Shown piece after piece: positions 19,626 through 29,772 of a DNA stretch of 64,000 nt. Numbering within the stretch: position 1 is the first letter of the stretch; every line of letters begins with the position of its first letter. A model generated the notes under the pieces. The model had not been told where the DNA came from, searched no databases, and was given only the letters and a program-made list of their open reading frames with translations. This DNA comes from Longimicrobiales bacterium (GTDB taxonomy: Bacteria > Gemmatimonadota > Gemmatimonadetes > Longimicrobiales > Gaopeijiaceae). The translations under genes and the position numbers were made by a program. The DNA lies in NCBI GenBank assembly GCA_965202985.1, contig CBDBCF010000001.1, positions 1,120,001-1,184,000 on the forward strand. Direction: 5' to 3'.

Positions 19626-20224
19626 AGGAGCGCGTCGAGGCGCTGGGCGGATTCCGCGGATCCGTCCGTCACGGAAGTTGCCAGGGCTTCGGCCAGCCAA
19701 CTCCTATGCAGGCGGTAATAGTCGAGGTGCTGGCGCAGTCGTTCGGGAACGATATTGCGATGCAGATCGACGCAGACAACCCGGTCGGCCCCGAGCAGCC
19801 ACAGGACGATAGGGACATCCATGCGCTGTCCCGTTCCGACTTCCAGCACCGTCGCGCCCTGCAGGCGCCCGTAGGCCTGGATCGTGCGGGCCAGTCTGAT
19901 TCCGAATTCGATGTGCGGTCTGGGCGGGAGCGGCTGGACGGCGCGATACAGACGATGCAGCGTGCGGTAAGCGCTCCGCCCCAGCGGCCTCGGCAACGCG
20001 CAGATCGCACGCTGCAACTTCGCTTTGCTAGTCCACTTCATACCGGTCGGCGATCAAGTGATCTTCTCTTAGGGAGGCGGTCATCATTGAAAAATGAACA
20101 CGAGCCGCACAGATTTCAATGCTTCGTGATGCGATCCGGGCTGGCGCGGGTTGCCGAGGCGGTCCAAGCGGTCCACTATGTGCGTCCACCTTGGTTTCCC
20201 TCCCAACACGAAGCCGGAGCCGAC

Positions 20225-22771
20225 ATGAAGATGGTCCGTCGCCCCTGCGCCTCCCCGCGCCAGCCAGCCCCTCGTTCCGTTCCGGCCCGAACCGTCCCCG
20301 CGCGCCGGGCCTTCGCCTCTTCCCTTCGGTTGGTCGTTCTACCAGGCGCGACGGGCGCCCGGTCGGCTTTCGCAGTGGCGGCGGCCCCGCTGGCCGTCGC
20401 AGGCGCCTTCGGAGCCCCCGCCCTTGCCCAGGGCCAGACCGGATACCGCGAGCCGCCGCCCGACGTGGTGGAGATCCTGGACGCGCCGCCGCCGCCGCTC
20501 GTGGTCGCGAGCCCGGACCGCCGGTGGCTGGCGCTCTCCCATCGGAAGACGATGCCCAGCATCGAGGAGCAGTCGCAGCCGATGCTGCGGTTGGCCGGAC
20601 GGCGGATCAACCCGGTCACGAACGGGCGGTTCGGCCCGGCCATGATCACGGGGATCGCCCTGCTCCAGGTGGACGGCAGCCAAGACGAGCGCGCGCTCGA
20701 TCTTCCCGAGGGCGGCGGCTGGTCCGCACCCGACTTCTCGCCCGACGGCGACATGATCGCCTTCGAGCGCGCCACGGCCGAAGGGATGGAGCTTTGGGCC
20801 GCCGACGTGGCGAGCGCGGAGGCGCGGAGGCTGGTGGGGCCGCGACTGAACGGCGTCCGGGGGCGTGCGTGCGAGTGGATGCCCAGGGGCGGCGAACTCC
20901 TTTGCCGACTCGTGCCCCAGGACAGGGGGCCGGCGCCGGAGATGCCGAGCACGCCCACGGGTCCCGTCGTGCAGGAGTCGGAGGGCCGCAGTTCGCCGGT
21001 GCGGACCTACCAGGACCTTCTCAAGTCCCCGCACGACGTGGCCCTGTACGAGCACTACGCCACGGCCCGCATCGCCATTGTGGACGCGGCGTCGGGCGAC
21101 GCGCGGCCCGTGAGCGCCCCCGGCGTCTTCGCGTCGGTGGAGGCATCTCCCAGCGGGAACCTGATCCTGGTGGAGCGCCTGGAGAAGCCGTTCTCGTATC
21201 TGGTGCCCGACCGCCTCTTCGCGCGGAGCGTCGAGGTGTGGGACCGGGAAGGGCGCGTGGTGCGCCAAGTGCACAAGATCGGCCTGGGCGAAGGCATACC
21301 GATCGGGGGCGTGTACGACGGTCCGCGCGGGCATCATTGGATGGACGGCGAAGACGACGTGCTGGCGTACACGGAGGCGCTGGACGGCGGCAACCCGCGC
21401 GCGCAAGTGGAGGCGCGGGACCGGTTCATGGCGTTGCGGGCGCCGTTCGACGGCCCGGCGGAGGAGCTGGTGCGCACCGAGTTCCGCTTCATGGGAATGA
21501 CCCGGGGCGCCGACGAGCTGGCGTTCGCGACCGAGTACGACCGCCCGAGCCGCACGTTGCGCACGTGGAAGGTCGACACAGGCCAGCGGCCATTCGCAAC
21601 CGAACTGCTTTGGGAGCGCAACGCCGAGGACCGCTACGGCGACCCGGGAGCGCCCGTCATGACGCCCAAGGGCGACCGCATGGTGCAGCGGGGCGACTGG
21701 ATCTATCTGCGCGGCGCGGGAGCGTCCGACGAGGGCGACCGGCCGTTCCTGGACCGCATGAACGTGGAGACGGGCGAAACCGAGCGGCTGTTCCAGTCGG
21801 GGGCCGAGTCGTACGAGACCGTGGTGGCCCTGCTGGACGACCAAGGGCGACGGGTCCTGACCCGCCACGAATCCAAGACCGAACCGCCCAACTACTTCGT
21901 CCGGGACCTGGAGAGCGAGGAGCGACAGGCCGTCACGCGGTTCCCCGACCCCGCGCCGCAACTGGCCGGGATCGGCCGCGAGTTCGTGGTCTACGAGCGC
22001 GAGGACGGCGTGCAGCTGTCGGGCACGCTGTACCTGCCCGCCGGCTACGACGGAGAGCGCTTGCCGACCGTGGTCTGGGCCTACCCCAGGGAGTACGCCA
22101 ACGCCCGGACGGCCGGACAGGTCCGCGGATCGCCGAACCGGTTCGCCCGAATCGGCGGCGCGTCGCACATGTTCTTCCTGACGCAGGGGTATGCGGTGTT
22201 CGACGGCCCCACCATGCCGATCATCGGGGGCGACGTGGCCAACGACACCTACGTGGAGCAGCTGGTGTCGTCCGCGAAGGCCGCGGTGGAGCTGGTGGTG
22301 TCGATGGGCGTGGCCGATCCGGAGCGGATCGGGATCGGGGGGCACTCGTACGGAGCCTTCATGACGGCCAACCTGTTGGCGCACTCCGATCTGTTCCAGG
22401 CGGGGATCGCCCGCAGCGGCGCCTACAATCGGACGTTGACGCCGTTCGGCTTCCAGTCGGAGCGGCGGACGTTCTGGGAAGCGCCGGACCTCTACTTCGC
22501 CATGTCGCCGTTCATGCACGCGGACGATGTCGACGAGCCGATGCTCATGATCCACGGCGCCGCCGACAACAACTCGGGCACGTTCCCCGTGCAGTCGGAG
22601 CGGATGTACCACGCCGTGAAGGGGCTGGGCGGGAAGGCGCGCTTGGTCATGCTGCCCGCCGAGAGCCACGGCTATCGGGCGCGCGAGTCGGTCCTGCACG
22701 CCCTGGCCGAGATGATCGAGTGGTTCGACCGCTACGTGAAGAAGGAGGGAGAGCGCCGGGCGGCGTCGTGA
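20225..22771 (+). CDS. S9 prolyl oligopeptidase-family serine peptidase
   Basis: GGHSYGA nucleophile elbow, IHGAADNN, ESHGY; signal-like N-terminus. Confidence 0.9.
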   Translation: MKMVRRPCASPRQPAPRSVPARTVPARRAFASSLRLVVLPGATGARSAFAVAAAPLAVAGAFGAPALAQGQTGYREPPPDVVEILDAPPPPLVVASPDRRWLALSHRKTMPSIEEQSQPMLRLAGRRINPVTNGRFGPAMITGIALLQVDGSQDERALDLPEGGGWSAPDFSPDGDMIAFERATAEGMELWAADVASAEARRLVGPRLNGVRGRACEWMPRGGELLCRLVPQDRGPAPEMPSTPTGPVVQESEGRSSPVRTYQDLLKSPHDVALYEHYATARIAIVDAASGDARPVSAPGVFASVEASPSGNLILVERLEKPFSYLVPDRLFARSVEVWDREGRVVRQVHKIGLGEGIPIGGVYDGPRGHHWMDGEDDVLAYTEALDGGNPRAQVEARDRFMALRAPFDGPAEELVRTEFRFMGMTRGADELAFATEYDRPSRTLRTWKVDTGQRPFATELLWERNAEDRYGDPGAPVMTPKGDRMVQRGDWIYLRGAGASDEGDRPFLDRMNVETGETERLFQSGAESYETVVALLDDQGRRVLTRHESKTEPPNYFVRDLESEERQAVTRFPDPAPQLAGIGREFVVYEREDGVQLSGTLYLPAGYDGERLPTVVWAYPREYANARTAGQVRGSPNRFARIGGASHMFFLTQGYAVFDGPTMPIIGGDVANDTYVEQLVSSAKAAVELVVSMGVADPERIGIGGHSYGAFMTANLLAHSDLFQAGIARSGAYNRTLTPFGFQSERRTFWEAPDLYFAMSPFMHADDVDEPMLMIHGAADNNSGTFPVQSERMYHAVKGLGGKARLVMLPAESHGYRARESVLHALAEMIEWFDRYVKKEGERRAAS

Positions 22772-22777
22772 GCGGCG

Positions 22778-23722
22778 TCAGCGGTTCGTCTGCCGGACCA
22801 CCACGGAGCCGCTGAACGACTCGATCTCCACCATCGCGCCGCCGTCGCCGATCGTGTACTGCGAACGCGAGCGGCCGCGCCCCAGGCGCCGGGAGCGCTC
22901 TCGCGCGTCTGCGTCTTCCACGGCGCCGGCGTGGTCCATGCGCACGCTTCCGCTCAGCGTGTAGACCTCCAGGTCCGCGGCCGCGGCGGCGGGCAGCTCC
23001 AACAGGATGCGCCCCGCGTGCGTGGCGAAGTAGTACTCGCCGTCCTCTTGGAGTTCGCCCTGGAAGCGAATGCTGCCCCCGACCGCGGTGGCGTCCACGG
23101 CGGCGGCGGCGATCCCCTCCAGCACGACCGATCCGCCCACGGTCTCGGCGGCCACGGAGCCCCGGACGTTCGAGAAGCGGATCGTGCCCGACATGGCTTC
23201 GGCGCGGATGTCGCCCTCCGACTCGGAGATGCGGATCGTGCCCGACATGGCTTCGGCGGTCACTTCGCCCTGGGCGCCTTGGATGCTCAGGTTGCCGTTC
23301 ACCGCGGTCGCCGTCACTCGGCCGCGCCCCCCGCGGATCTCCACGCTGCCCGTGAAGGTCTCGACCTCGACCCGTCCCAGGGTTCCCTCGACGACGATCG
23401 AGGTCTGCCACCCCTCCACCGACACGTCGAAGCGCTCCGGCACCCAGATGCGGTAGTCCACGATGGCGGCCCTGGCGAACGTGCTGACGTCGGCGTCCAC
23501 GTAGACCGTCCCTCCTCGGCGTCGCACCTCCACGCGATTGCGGCGGGCGTGGGCCGCCTGAACGCGGATCTGGTCGCGGTCCCATGCTTCCACCACCACC
23601 TCCCCTCCCGCGCTCTCCACGTCCAGGCGGTCCGCGCCGCTGGCGGCAAACGTCGTGTCGGTGTCCTGGGCGCCGCTGGTTGCGAGCACCGTCGCTGCCG
23701 TCGCAAAAAGTTCCAAGAACAC
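22778..23722 (-). CDS. DUF4097-like beta-strand repeat protein
   Basis: Repeated T..GS(I/V) units with AEAMSGTIR twice; follows sigma/anti-sigma. Confidence 0.8.
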   Translation of the reverse strand: MFLELFATAATVLATSGAQDTDTTFAASGADRLDVESAGGEVVVEAWDRDQIRVQAAHARRNRVEVRRRGGTVYVDADVSTFARAAIVDYRIWVPERFDVSVEGWQTSIVVEGTLGRVEVETFTGSVEIRGGRGRVTATAVNGNLSIQGAQGEVTAEAMSGTIRISESEGDIRAEAMSGTIRFSNVRGSVAAETVGGSVVLEGIAAAAVDATAVGGSIRFQGELQEDGEYYFATHAGRILLELPAAAAADLEVYTLSGSVRMDHAGAVEDADARERSRRLGRGRSRSQYTIGDGGAMVEIESFSGSVVVRQTNR

Positions 23723-23750
23723 GGATCGCCCCTCCTCTTTCAGTTCAGGC

Positions 23751-24437
23751 TCACGCCGCGAACTGGACGGCGATCGCCGCGCTTCGCAGCAGCTCCAGCC
23801 GGCGTCTCATGTTGGTCATGAGGATCCGCGCCAGTTCCTCGCTGCCCGGGTCTGCCGCCAAAGCGCCTCGGGCTTCGGCGATGGCCCGGTCCACGGTCTC
23901 CATCGCCCGTCGCAACGCCGACAGCGTCTCGGGCGACAGAACTTGCGCACCCTCTTCCAGGATTTCGGCCAGCGCGCCGGTGGACGCCTCGTACTCCGCC
24001 AAGAGAGCTTGGGCGCCGGGGTGGTCCTCGAACACCGCGTCGGCGTGGAAGGTCGCTGCGAATTCGGAGTACGGCGCGGCCCCGGAGGACGCCCCCTCGC
24101 GCAAGGCCAGCCAGGTAGCCGTGGCCGACAGAGCGATCAGGGCGACGGCCGCGGCGGCCAGCCTTGGCACGCGGACATGCGCGACCCGCCCTGCGCGAAC
24201 CGGCGCCAGACGCGCGCGCGCCGCAATGGCCGGCCAAGTCTCCTGGGGCGGGCGAGCTTCGGAGGGAAGCGTCCCCAGCGCCTTCACCGTCCGGGCCAGC
24301 GCGTCGTGCTCCCGGCGCAGCGGGAGTTCGGTGCGCAGTCGCTCCTCCAGTGCGGCCCGGTCCGGTTCGGACAGCTCGCCGTCCACATAGTCGTGCAACA
24401 GCCTCCGGTCGCGCTCGCTCACGGTCGTCCGCGTCAC
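23751..24437 (-). CDS. membrane anti-sigma factor
   Basis: LLHDYVDGELS N-terminus, TM helix, coupled to ECF sigma. Confidence 0.75.
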   Translation of the reverse strand: MTRTTVSERDRRLLHDYVDGELSEPDRAALEERLRTELPLRREHDALARTVKALGTLPSEARPPQETWPAIAARARLAPVRAGRVAHVRVPRLAAAAVALIALSATATWLALREGASSGAAPYSEFAATFHADAVFEDHPGAQALLAEYEASTGALAEILEEGAQVLSPETLSALRRAMETVDRAIAEARGALAADPGSEELARILMTNMRRRLELLRSAAIAVQFAA

Positions 24438-24955
24438 CGTTCCATGGCCTCCCTGACCAGTCTGCGGGCGCGGTGCACCTGCGCCTTCACGGTCCCCACC
24501 GCAACCCCCTTCATCTTCGCCACGTCCGAGTACCGGTAGCCCTCCACGTCCTTGAGCACCAGCACCTCGCGGGCGCCGTCGGGCAGACCGGCGATCGCGC
24601 GTTCCAGGTCAAGCCTCGTGTCGGGCATGACCTCTCGGGCGTGATGTCCGTACGCCTCCAAGTCGTCCACGGCATGTTCTCTCTGGGCGATCTTGGCCCG
24701 TTTCTTCTGCGTCTCAATGACCAGGTTCACCGCCAAACGGTGAAGCCAAGTCGTGAACAAGCTGTCTCCACGGAAGGACGACAGCTTCTCCCAACACCGG
24801 ACGAACACGTCCTGCGTCAGCTCGGCAGCCTCATCGGCGTCGCCCGACATGCGCAGGCAGAGCGCGTAGATTCTGCCCGACGTTCTGCGGTACAACTCCT
24901 CGAAGGCGGCCTCGTCGCCCCGCTGGGCCCGCCCGGCCAACACGTTGATGTCCAG
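24434..24955 (-). CDS. ECF RNA polymerase sigma factor
   Basis: GDEAAFEELY, QDVF, FTTWLHRLAVN, GTVKAQVHRAR; start uncertain. Confidence 0.88.
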   Translation of the reverse strand: MDINVLAGRAQRGDEAAFEELYRRTSGRIYALCLRMSGDADEAAELTQDVFVRCWEKLSSFRGDSLFTTWLHRLAVNLVIETQKKRAKIAQREHAVDDLEAYGHHAREVMPDTRLDLERAIAGLPDGAREVLVLKDVEGYRYSDVAKMKGVAVGTVKAQVHRARRLVREAMER

Positions 24956-25022
24956 CGCGCCCCCTTCTCGTGAAGCTTCGGAAGATTGGACGAAGGGGGG
25001 CGGCGAAAGGTTTGAAGCGCCG

Positions 25023-25997
25023 TCACTCGACCAGCGCCGGATAGCCGCCGGTGTGGAGGAAGACCACATGGCCGGCCTCGTCCAGCTTGCCGTCCCGAAG
25101 CCAGGCGATCAGCGCGGCCGCCGCCTTGGCCGTGTAGACGGGGTCGAGCACGAAGCCGGCGCGGCTGGCGAACAGGGCGGCGGCCTCTTCCGCCTGGGCC
25201 GTGGGGCGCCCGTATCCGGGACCGACGAAGGCGGCGGTGGCATGGACGGCCGCGGCTGCTTCGCGGGTGCGCGCCAAGAGCTTCGGCAGCTCCGGGGCGT
25301 CGCCGGCCAACAGCCTTGCCGCCGCCAGCGCCAGCGTCGATGCGGACGACTTGATCTGGGTGGCGGGGTCGTCGGCGCTCGCGGCCACCAGACGGGGACG
25401 CCAGCCCAGGATGGCGCACCCCAAGATCAATCCGGCCATGGTGCCGCCCGAGGACGACGCGCAGAAGACCCAGACGCCGTCCGCGCCGTCCAGCTGGCGG
25501 TGGAGTTCGGTCAGCCCGTTCACGTAGCCGAGCGCGCCCCGGGGCGTGGAAGCGCCCACCGGCACCACTAGCGCCTTGCCCCCTTCCGCCTGGGTTCGCC
25601 GGGCCTCTTCGGCCATGGCGTCGTCCCGCTCCGACCGGTCTTCAACCGTCACGATCCGCGCGCCCAAGAGCCGGTGAAGTCGCGCGTTGCCCCTGCGTTC
25701 GTCGGCGGGCGTGCCGTTGACGACCAGCGTGCACTGCAGTCCCAGCTTCGCCGCCGCGGCGGCCGTCACCCGGCAGTGATTGGATTGCGGTCCGCCTGCG
25801 GTCACAAGGCGGGTAACGCCCGTCAGGCGCTCCGGCGCCAGCTCGTACTCCAGCTTGCGGACCTTGTTGCCCCCGAGCCCGAAGCCCGTCCATGCGTCGG
25901 CCTTGACCGACAGGGGTACGGAAGTCCCCAGCGCGCGCGCCAAGTGCGGCGTCGGCGCCAGCGGGGTCGGCGTCAACGCCAGCGGAGTGCGTCCCAT
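25023..25997 (-). CDS. D-cysteine desulfhydrase/ACC deaminase-family PLP enzyme
   Basis: GGNKVRKLE, QSNH, SSGGT, LDPVYTAK, FLHTGG. Confidence 0.88.
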   Translation of the reverse strand: MGRTPLALTPTPLAPTPHLARALGTSVPLSVKADAWTGFGLGGNKVRKLEYELAPERLTGVTRLVTAGGPQSNHCRVTAAAAAKLGLQCTLVVNGTPADERRGNARLHRLLGARIVTVEDRSERDDAMAEEARRTQAEGGKALVVPVGASTPRGALGYVNGLTELHRQLDGADGVWVFCASSSGGTMAGLILGCAILGWRPRLVAASADDPATQIKSSASTLALAAARLLAGDAPELPKLLARTREAAAAVHATAAFVGPGYGRPTAQAEEAAALFASRAGFVLDPVYTAKAAAALIAWLRDGKLDEAGHVVFLHTGGYPALVE

Positions 25998-26176
25998 GTC
26001 GTCCAGCCGCGCAAGTGCGCCGGGGACGGGGGAGAGAGTCTTGTCGACGGCGAGACCCCTTCGGCCAACGGTAACCCCTTCATGGAATCCAACGTACTAT
26101 GCGCATATTGGAAGGTCCGCGACAGACCGCCGGCCAGCCGGACGCCGCAAGCACTCCCTTCGAACCACCCGCCTTC

Positions 26177-28606
26177 ATGAACGATCAGCCCGCTGCCGGC
26201 CCAGACGCCCGCGCGACCGCCTGCTCGCCGCCGGCCTCGCCCGCCTCGGCGTCGCGTGCGCCCGCTCTTCCCCACCTCGCCTTCGCCCTTTGCGCGGCGA
26301 CGGCCGCCTGCCTTCTCCCGACGCCCGGCGCACAGGGCCAGGAAGGCGCCGTAACCGGCAGAGTGGTCGCGGAAGACGGCACGCCGGTGGACGCCGCCAC
26401 CGTCCGCCTCTTCCCCGTGTCCGACACTACGGCCGTGCGCTTCGCCGGCACCGACCGACTGGGCTTCTTTTCCTTTCCAGGCGTGCAGCCGGGCCAGTAC
26501 GTGCTCGCCGTGGCGCGGATCGGATTCGCGGGGCGCCGGGAGCGCCTTTCGGTGGGCGCCGAAGGCCGAACGGGACTGGAAACGGTGCTGGAGCGCGAAG
26601 CCGTCCAGCTCGAGGGCGTGCGGGTCGAAGCCGAGCGGAGCCGAACTCGGGTTCGCTTCGAGGAGCAGGCGGGCGTGACCGTTCAAGAGGTGGACAAGGC
26701 GTCCCTCAAGGCGATCCCGGGGCTGGCGGAGTCGGACCCGGTGCGCGTCGTGGAGCTGCTGCCGGGCGTGACCACCGTGTCCGATTTCTCGGCGGCGTTC
26801 AACGTGCGCGGCGGGTCGGCCGACCAGAACCTGATCCTGCTGGACGACGTGCCGATCTTCAACCCGTTTCATCTGGGCGGCTTCTTCTCGGTGTTCAACG
26901 CGGACATGGTCGACCGGGCCGAGCTGCGGTCGGGCGGCTTCCCGGCGGAGTACGGTGGGCGCGTGTCGTCGGTGCTTACGGTCGAGTCGGACGCCGGCGA
27001 CGGCGGCTTCGGCGTGGACGCCGGGGTGAGCGTGCTGGCGACGCGGGTTGCCGTGAACGGCGCGCTTCCCGAGGGCGCCGCTCGCGGGATCGGGTTCTCC
27101 AGCACCAGGTGGCGGGTCTCGGCTCGCCGCTCGTACTTCGACATCCTGTTCCGGCCGTGGGTCGACTTCCCCTACTCGCTCTCGGATCTGCAGACAGTCT
27201 TCGAAGGCTGGACCCGGGGCGGCGGCCGTCTGCGGATCACCGCCTACACGGGAAGGGACCTGCTGGACCTGGGCCAGCTGGACGAAGAGGACGCGCCTCT
27301 CAAGGTCCGCTGGGCGTGGGGCAACGCAGCGGCCGGCGCCAGCTGGACGCATCCGATGAGCGGCGGCGGGGCTCTGGACGTGCGGGCCTCCTACTCCCGC
27401 TTCGATGCGGACCTGGACTTCTCCGACTTCGAGGACACGGACTTCGCCACCGACGTTTGGCAGGCCACCTTTCGGACCGACTTGGAGCGCCGCCCGACGC
27501 CGCGCACCCGCTGGAAGTCGGGGCTGGCCGCCAGCCGCGTGGCGTACGACAACGCCGTCCAGGTCGGCGGCGCGGTCTTCACCGAGGGCACCGGCGACGG
27601 CTGGGAGGCGTCCGGCTACACGCAGCTCCACTGGGAGCCGAGTTCGCGCTGGCTGTTGGAGGGCGGCCTTCGCGTGGACCACTGGCGCCCGGGCCTGGGC
27701 AGCGACGAGACCACCGTGTCGCCCCGGTTCGCCGTCAAGCGCTTCGTGCGCAACCGCAGGTCGGCGGTTCGCTTGGCGGGCGGGCGCTACTCGCAGTTTC
27801 TGCAGTCGCGGCGGGACGAGCAGCTGCCGGTGGGGCTGGACGTCTGGGTCGTGGCGGGCGAGCGGGCGCCGCGCGTCGTTTCGGAGCAGGTGCAGCTGGG
27901 CGTCGAGAGCTTCTTCGGCAGCGGGGACGAGTGGTTCGCCTCCGCAGAGGGCTACTATCGCGTCTTCCGCGGCCTGATCGCCGACAACCCCGCCGACGAT
28001 CCCAACGACGCGCTCGACGACCTGCTCTCCGGGACCGGCTACGCCTACGGGGCGGACCTGTTCGTGAAGCGCGACCTGGGCGTCGCGACGGGTTGGCTGT
28101 CGGCGTCGTATCTGAAGACGGAGCGCACCTTTCCCGACACGCGGTCGAACCTGGACCCGGTTCCGTCGATCACCTACCCGCCCGTCTTCGACCGACGCTT
28201 CGACCTGGACCTGGTGCTCCGCCGCCCCCTGGGCTGGGGCGTGGAGGGAAGCGTCCGCTTCAACTTCGGGACCGGACTGCCGTTCACGCGGCCGCTGGGC
28301 ACCTTCGCCTTCTACCGGCGCCGGCCGATCTACGAGGCGATCGAGTACGACTACGAGACGGCCGTGCTGCTGGGGCCCCGGAACGACCACCGCTACCCGT
28401 CTCGGCACCGCTTGGACATCGGCTTCAGGAAGACCTTTCCCAAGAGCTGGGGTCACGTGACGCCCTACGTGAACGTGGTGAACGTCTACAACCAGAAGAA
28501 CGTCCTGTTCTACGCCTTCGAGTACGACCGCGACCCGCCCGTCCGCACCGGCGTGTCGATGATCCCCGTGTTGCCCACGGTGGGCGTGGAGATGTCGTTC
28601 CGATGA
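26177..28606 (+). CDS. TonB-dependent receptor with N-terminal carboxypeptidase-regulatory-like domain
   Basis: LLPGV, FNVRGGSADQN, GGFPAEYGGRVSSV plug; beta-barrel C-terminus. Confidence 0.9.
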   Translation: MNDQPAAGPDARATACSPPASPASASRAPALPHLAFALCAATAACLLPTPGAQGQEGAVTGRVVAEDGTPVDAATVRLFPVSDTTAVRFAGTDRLGFFSFPGVQPGQYVLAVARIGFAGRRERLSVGAEGRTGLETVLEREAVQLEGVRVEAERSRTRVRFEEQAGVTVQEVDKASLKAIPGLAESDPVRVVELLPGVTTVSDFSAAFNVRGGSADQNLILLDDVPIFNPFHLGGFFSVFNADMVDRAELRSGGFPAEYGGRVSSVLTVESDAGDGGFGVDAGVSVLATRVAVNGALPEGAARGIGFSSTRWRVSARRSYFDILFRPWVDFPYSLSDLQTVFEGWTRGGGRLRITAYTGRDLLDLGQLDEEDAPLKVRWAWGNAAAGASWTHPMSGGGALDVRASYSRFDADLDFSDFEDTDFATDVWQATFRTDLERRPTPRTRWKSGLAASRVAYDNAVQVGGAVFTEGTGDGWEASGYTQLHWEPSSRWLLEGGLRVDHWRPGLGSDETTVSPRFAVKRFVRNRRSAVRLAGGRYSQFLQSRRDEQLPVGLDVWVVAGERAPRVVSEQVQLGVESFFGSGDEWFASAEGYYRVFRGLIADNPADDPNDALDDLLSGTGYAYGADLFVKRDLGVATGWLSASYLKTERTFPDTRSNLDPVPSITYPPVFDRRFDLDLVLRRPLGWGVEGSVRFNFGTGLPFTRPLGTFAFYRRRPIYEAIEYDYETAVLLGPRNDHRYPSRHRLDIGFRKTFPKSWGHVTPYVNVVNVYNQKNVLFYAFEYDRDPPVRTGVSMIPVLPTVGVEMSFR

Positions 28607-29628
28607 GGGCTTGGCGAAGGGCGCGGAGCGGGGCTGGGGCGCGGGTGGGGGCGGCGGCGGTCGTGCTGGCGGCGGCCTCGGCTTCGGCGGGCTGCGAGCT
28701 GACCGAAGTCGGCTTGGTCGATCCCGAGGACGTGATCATCGCCGAGGCCCACGTGGTCCTGACGCTTCGACCCGGTCGCCCCGGGAACCCTGCGGGCGGC
28801 GTGGAGATGACGATGCCCACGCTGCTGCACCGAACGTACGGGGGCGGCCCCGACGGCGTGCCCGGCGCCGTGGTGCGGATCGCGGGAGCGTCGGGGCGGG
28901 TTGTGCAGCTGGTCGAAGGCCAGGACGAGGACTGCCTGGTGGCCCGCCCTGGATTCCTGTTCGCGGACTACTACAGGCGCGGCACCTGCTACGGCGCCCC
29001 CGCCGGCACCGTCCCCTTCGAGCCCGGCGAACAAGTCTCGCTCGAGGTCCGAGCTTCCGGCGGACAAGTCCTGACCGCCACGAGCCGCATCCCCGGCGCC
29101 TTCGCGCTCGTCGAGCCCCTGGGCGCGGGCGCCGCGTGCCGGGTGGAGCCGGACGCCAACCACGTCTTCGGCTGGACGACACCCCAGGACGTTTGGACCT
29201 ACGTGACCGAGACCGAGGTCGCAGGACTGCGCGCGCCCCTGGCCGAACGCGGCATCGAGTCGCCCGACACCCTGTACATGCTGGGCCTCGCGATTGGCCG
29301 GGAAGAGAACCACGTCGTGTTTCCGCGTCAGCTCGGGGTGCTCGAACTCCTGGGCGACGACTCCGACGCGGACGTGCTGGTGGCCTTGCAGGGCGGGCTT
29401 CCCGACGGCACGCGAGCGACCTTCTCCGTGTCGGCGGTGGACCAGAACTGGGCGAACTGGGCGCGCGGCGGCGACTTCAACCCGTCGGGCCTCGTGCGCA
29501 TTTCGTCGGTGTTCGGCGACGGCGCCGGCGTGTTCGGCACCGCCGTCCAGCTGCGGGCGGACGTGGTGGCGAGTCCGGCGGGCGACGGTCAGCCGCTGTT
29601 GTGCGGCCCCTTGGAGGCGGGCAGCTAA
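28603..29628 (+). CDS. lipoprotein partner of TonB receptor (DUF4249-like)
   Basis: SAGC lipobox, ATGA overlap with receptor, SSV.GDGAGVFG C-terminal motif. Confidence 0.65.
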   Translation: MRAWRRARSGAGARVGAAAVVLAAASASAGCELTEVGLVDPEDVIIAEAHVVLTLRPGRPGNPAGGVEMTMPTLLHRTYGGGPDGVPGAVVRIAGASGRVVQLVEGQDEDCLVARPGFLFADYYRRGTCYGAPAGTVPFEPGEQVSLEVRASGGQVLTATSRIPGAFALVEPLGAGAACRVEPDANHVFGWTTPQDVWTYVTETEVAGLRAPLAERGIESPDTLYMLGLAIGREENHVVFPRQLGVLELLGDDSDADVLVALQGGLPDGTRATFSVSAVDQNWANWARGGDFNPSGLVRISSVFGDGAGVFGTAVQLRADVVASPAGDGQPLLCGPLEAGS

Positions 29629-29772
29629 GCGCGGGACAGCGGGACGGCGGGCCGCCACGGCGCGGGCGAGGCCCGGAGGCCGGGCTGGGGCCGTGGCAAG
29701 AGACGCTCCGGAGCCATAGGTTGAGGCGCGGGAAGCCCACCGTTCTCTTCTGCCCAAGGAGCTGCTGGAGCC

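Larger units (their letters stand above)
19063..20041 (-). pseudogene. class I SAM-dependent methyltransferase, frameshifted at a G16 tract
   Basis: 5' part has VLEVGTG and VCVDL; 3' part has SNHVLEH and LKPSG in another frame; removing one G joins them. Confidence 0.8.

Noticed and set aside
19295..20224. 1158-aa version of the S9 peptidase ORF
   Set aside because: The N-terminal extension is antisense to the methyltransferase; the likely start is ATG 20225 after GGAG
25780..28602. 1282-aa ORF and other long Arg/Gly/Pro-rich ORFs
   Set aside because: Shadow frames typical of high-GC DNA overlapping well-supported genes; only the last ~341 aa look real
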